A stretch of 64,000 bases of DNA, from assembly GCF_009914755.1 (NCBI RefSeq), contig NC_060928.1; one strand, given 5' to 3'. Below, piece after piece: positions 62,390-64,000 of this stretch (position 1 is its first letter; each line of letters opens with the position of its first letter). Under the pieces are notes generated by a model. It saw only the letters and a program-made list of their open reading frames with translations. It did not search any database and was not told the origin of the DNA. A program made the position numbers and the translations under genes. The stretch is from the human T2T-CHM13v2.0 reference genome, Homo sapiens.

Positions 62390-62591
62390 GCTCCAATATG
62401 GCTCAGAAAGGCACTGAGAAAACCTAGCCTTAGCTAGGCTAAGAGCCTAGCTTCTGGCCTGGCTTTTACGTGGTCAGCGGATGTGCGTCCATCCCCCCTG
62501 CACTGGTTCCCCTTGTCCTTTCTGTGGCTCTCCTGGATTCCTCTCGTTCAGCTCCTTGGTGTACAGAGCCTATGTCAATGGCAATGGTGAG
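62390..62591 (+). other. Candidate non-coding internal exon (202 nt)
   Basis: Long pyrimidine tract plus CAG acceptor and perfect GAG|GTAAGT donor; no transcript evidence available. Confidence 0.3.
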
Positions 62592-63769
62592 GTAAGTGAG
62601 AAGAAGAAACGGAGAAAGTTAAAAAGTGTCTTTGAGGAAAACACTTGGGAATAAAATCTTCCAGTTCTCCTGCTTTACCTTTCAGTACCCTCCCTGCTTC
62701 CTTCCAAACATGCTTCCAGAAGCAGGCACCTAGGCCATTCATACCCACGGGGCTGCTCTCGGCTAAGTAGGCCTAGCCGAAGAGACACTGAGGGCAGGTG
62801 GGCAGGTGGGGTGGGAGATGGAGCAGCACGTTGCTGACTGGGAGAAAGCACCTCCTTGCCTCTTTTCAGTTTTAACATGTCCCTTTAGTGCCCACTTTCC
62901 AGGACAGGGCAGAGGATGGGGGAGCGGGAGATGAGTGAGGTCTTGGGGCCATGGGGCCATGCTGCTTCTAAGGGGGCAGAAGCTGTGGGAGAGGTTGGGG
63001 GCTGGTAGCTCTCAGAATAGCCTGGGAAGGGTATCAGCTGGGTTTGCACAGTGTTGTCTCCGAATCTCCCAGCTCCCCTTCTCTATGATTAGCATCCTTG
63101 AAGTAGCGTGCTACTGTTAACAGAAGAGCAGAGCGTGCCCCTTCTGCTTTTTCCCATGCTTGTCATTTGCCTAACTCTTACAATGTTAGCAGAGAGACAG
63201 TGTTTGCAACGGGCAGGGAAATATTGCACAATTGTGACTGCAGGGTCTGCTATGAGAAGAGGAAGCAGAGCCAGTGGGGTGAGAACCTCCTGGGATGAGA
63301 AGGGGTCGGAAACTCAAGAACAAAGGAAAATGTCTGAGAAGTCCCAAGGAGCAAGTGGGCTACCATTGAGGACAGAAATCTCCCATGGATGAGGTCTCCT
63401 CTGTGCAGCAAAGAAAGACCCCAGAAACAGGAGGAAGCCAGGAGATACTCACCCTATACCACACTGTACAGTTTTATAGCTTTCAAATATATTCCCTCAG
63501 GGGATTTCAGGGAAAATAGTATGCACCCTCTGACAAAGCACAGACATCAGAGCCCGCTACAGTCCCCAGATCACTCACTTGGACATACTGGATACCCTGG
63601 ATCATATATCAGCTGCTCTCCTGACCCAGAAAACTGCATGTCTCTTATCACCCACTCATGTCTCTTCATGAACTTGGCTCTTCTGTTGGCAACTTTATGA
63701 GTTTCTTTTTACCAGTGGGTGCTTTCTGACTACCGTAGCCTGTGTGGTTTGGCAAGGGGAATCATAGTG

Positions 63770-63962
63770 GCATTCACTGAGAGTCTTGCTTTGTGCCAGG
63801 TGTGTGCTTGGTACTTTATCTGCTTTCTCTTGAATCCTCACAATAACCCTTTTGGGTAAAATATTATAATCTTCCTTTATACAAATGAGAAAATGAGACT
63901 CTGAGAAATAATTACTACTAACATGACTAGTAAGTGGTGGTCCTAGGACTTGAACTGGGGCC
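63770..63962 (-). mobile_element. MIR
   Basis: TGTGCCAGG..AATCCTCACAATAACCCT..TACAAATGAGAAAATGAGACTCTGAGA. Confidence 0.8.
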
Positions 63963-64000
63963 ATAGGACTCCTCCTGTGTCCTTAGGTCCTTTCTGTTGC

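Overview
Primate (most likely human/great-ape) non-coding DNA, either intergenic or deep intronic. I can support no protein-coding exon, RNA gene, CpG island or CRISPR. About 50 Alu copies or fragments (roughly a fifth of the window) are interleaved with solo LTRs (MER4, LTR9-like, LTR8, THE1/MST/MLT1, MLT2B, LTR16-like), DNA transposon fossils (Charlie, MER2, Tigger3, MER5, MER96B, MER102-like), MIR, L2 and an old L1 3' end. Repeat subfamily names are recalled from consensus sequences, not from a database search. The one striking structure is a ~5.4 kb (CCATCT)n/(CTGCCT)n hexamer array at 26151-31560. It has expanded inside the microsatellite-prone site of an MLT2B ERVL LTR and shows 0.9-1.1 kb higher-order periodicity. 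It also carries a Kozak-initiated ~5.3 kb dipeptide-repeat ORF on the + strand and hundreds of strong-context AUGs on the - strand, just past a mutated LTR poly(A) signal. Secondary points are a palindromic double octamer in the LTR9-like element, co-oriented CTCF motifs, a compact promoter-like motif cluster at ~33.1 kb and a well-formed candidate non-coding exon at 62390-62591. All functional ideas are inference.
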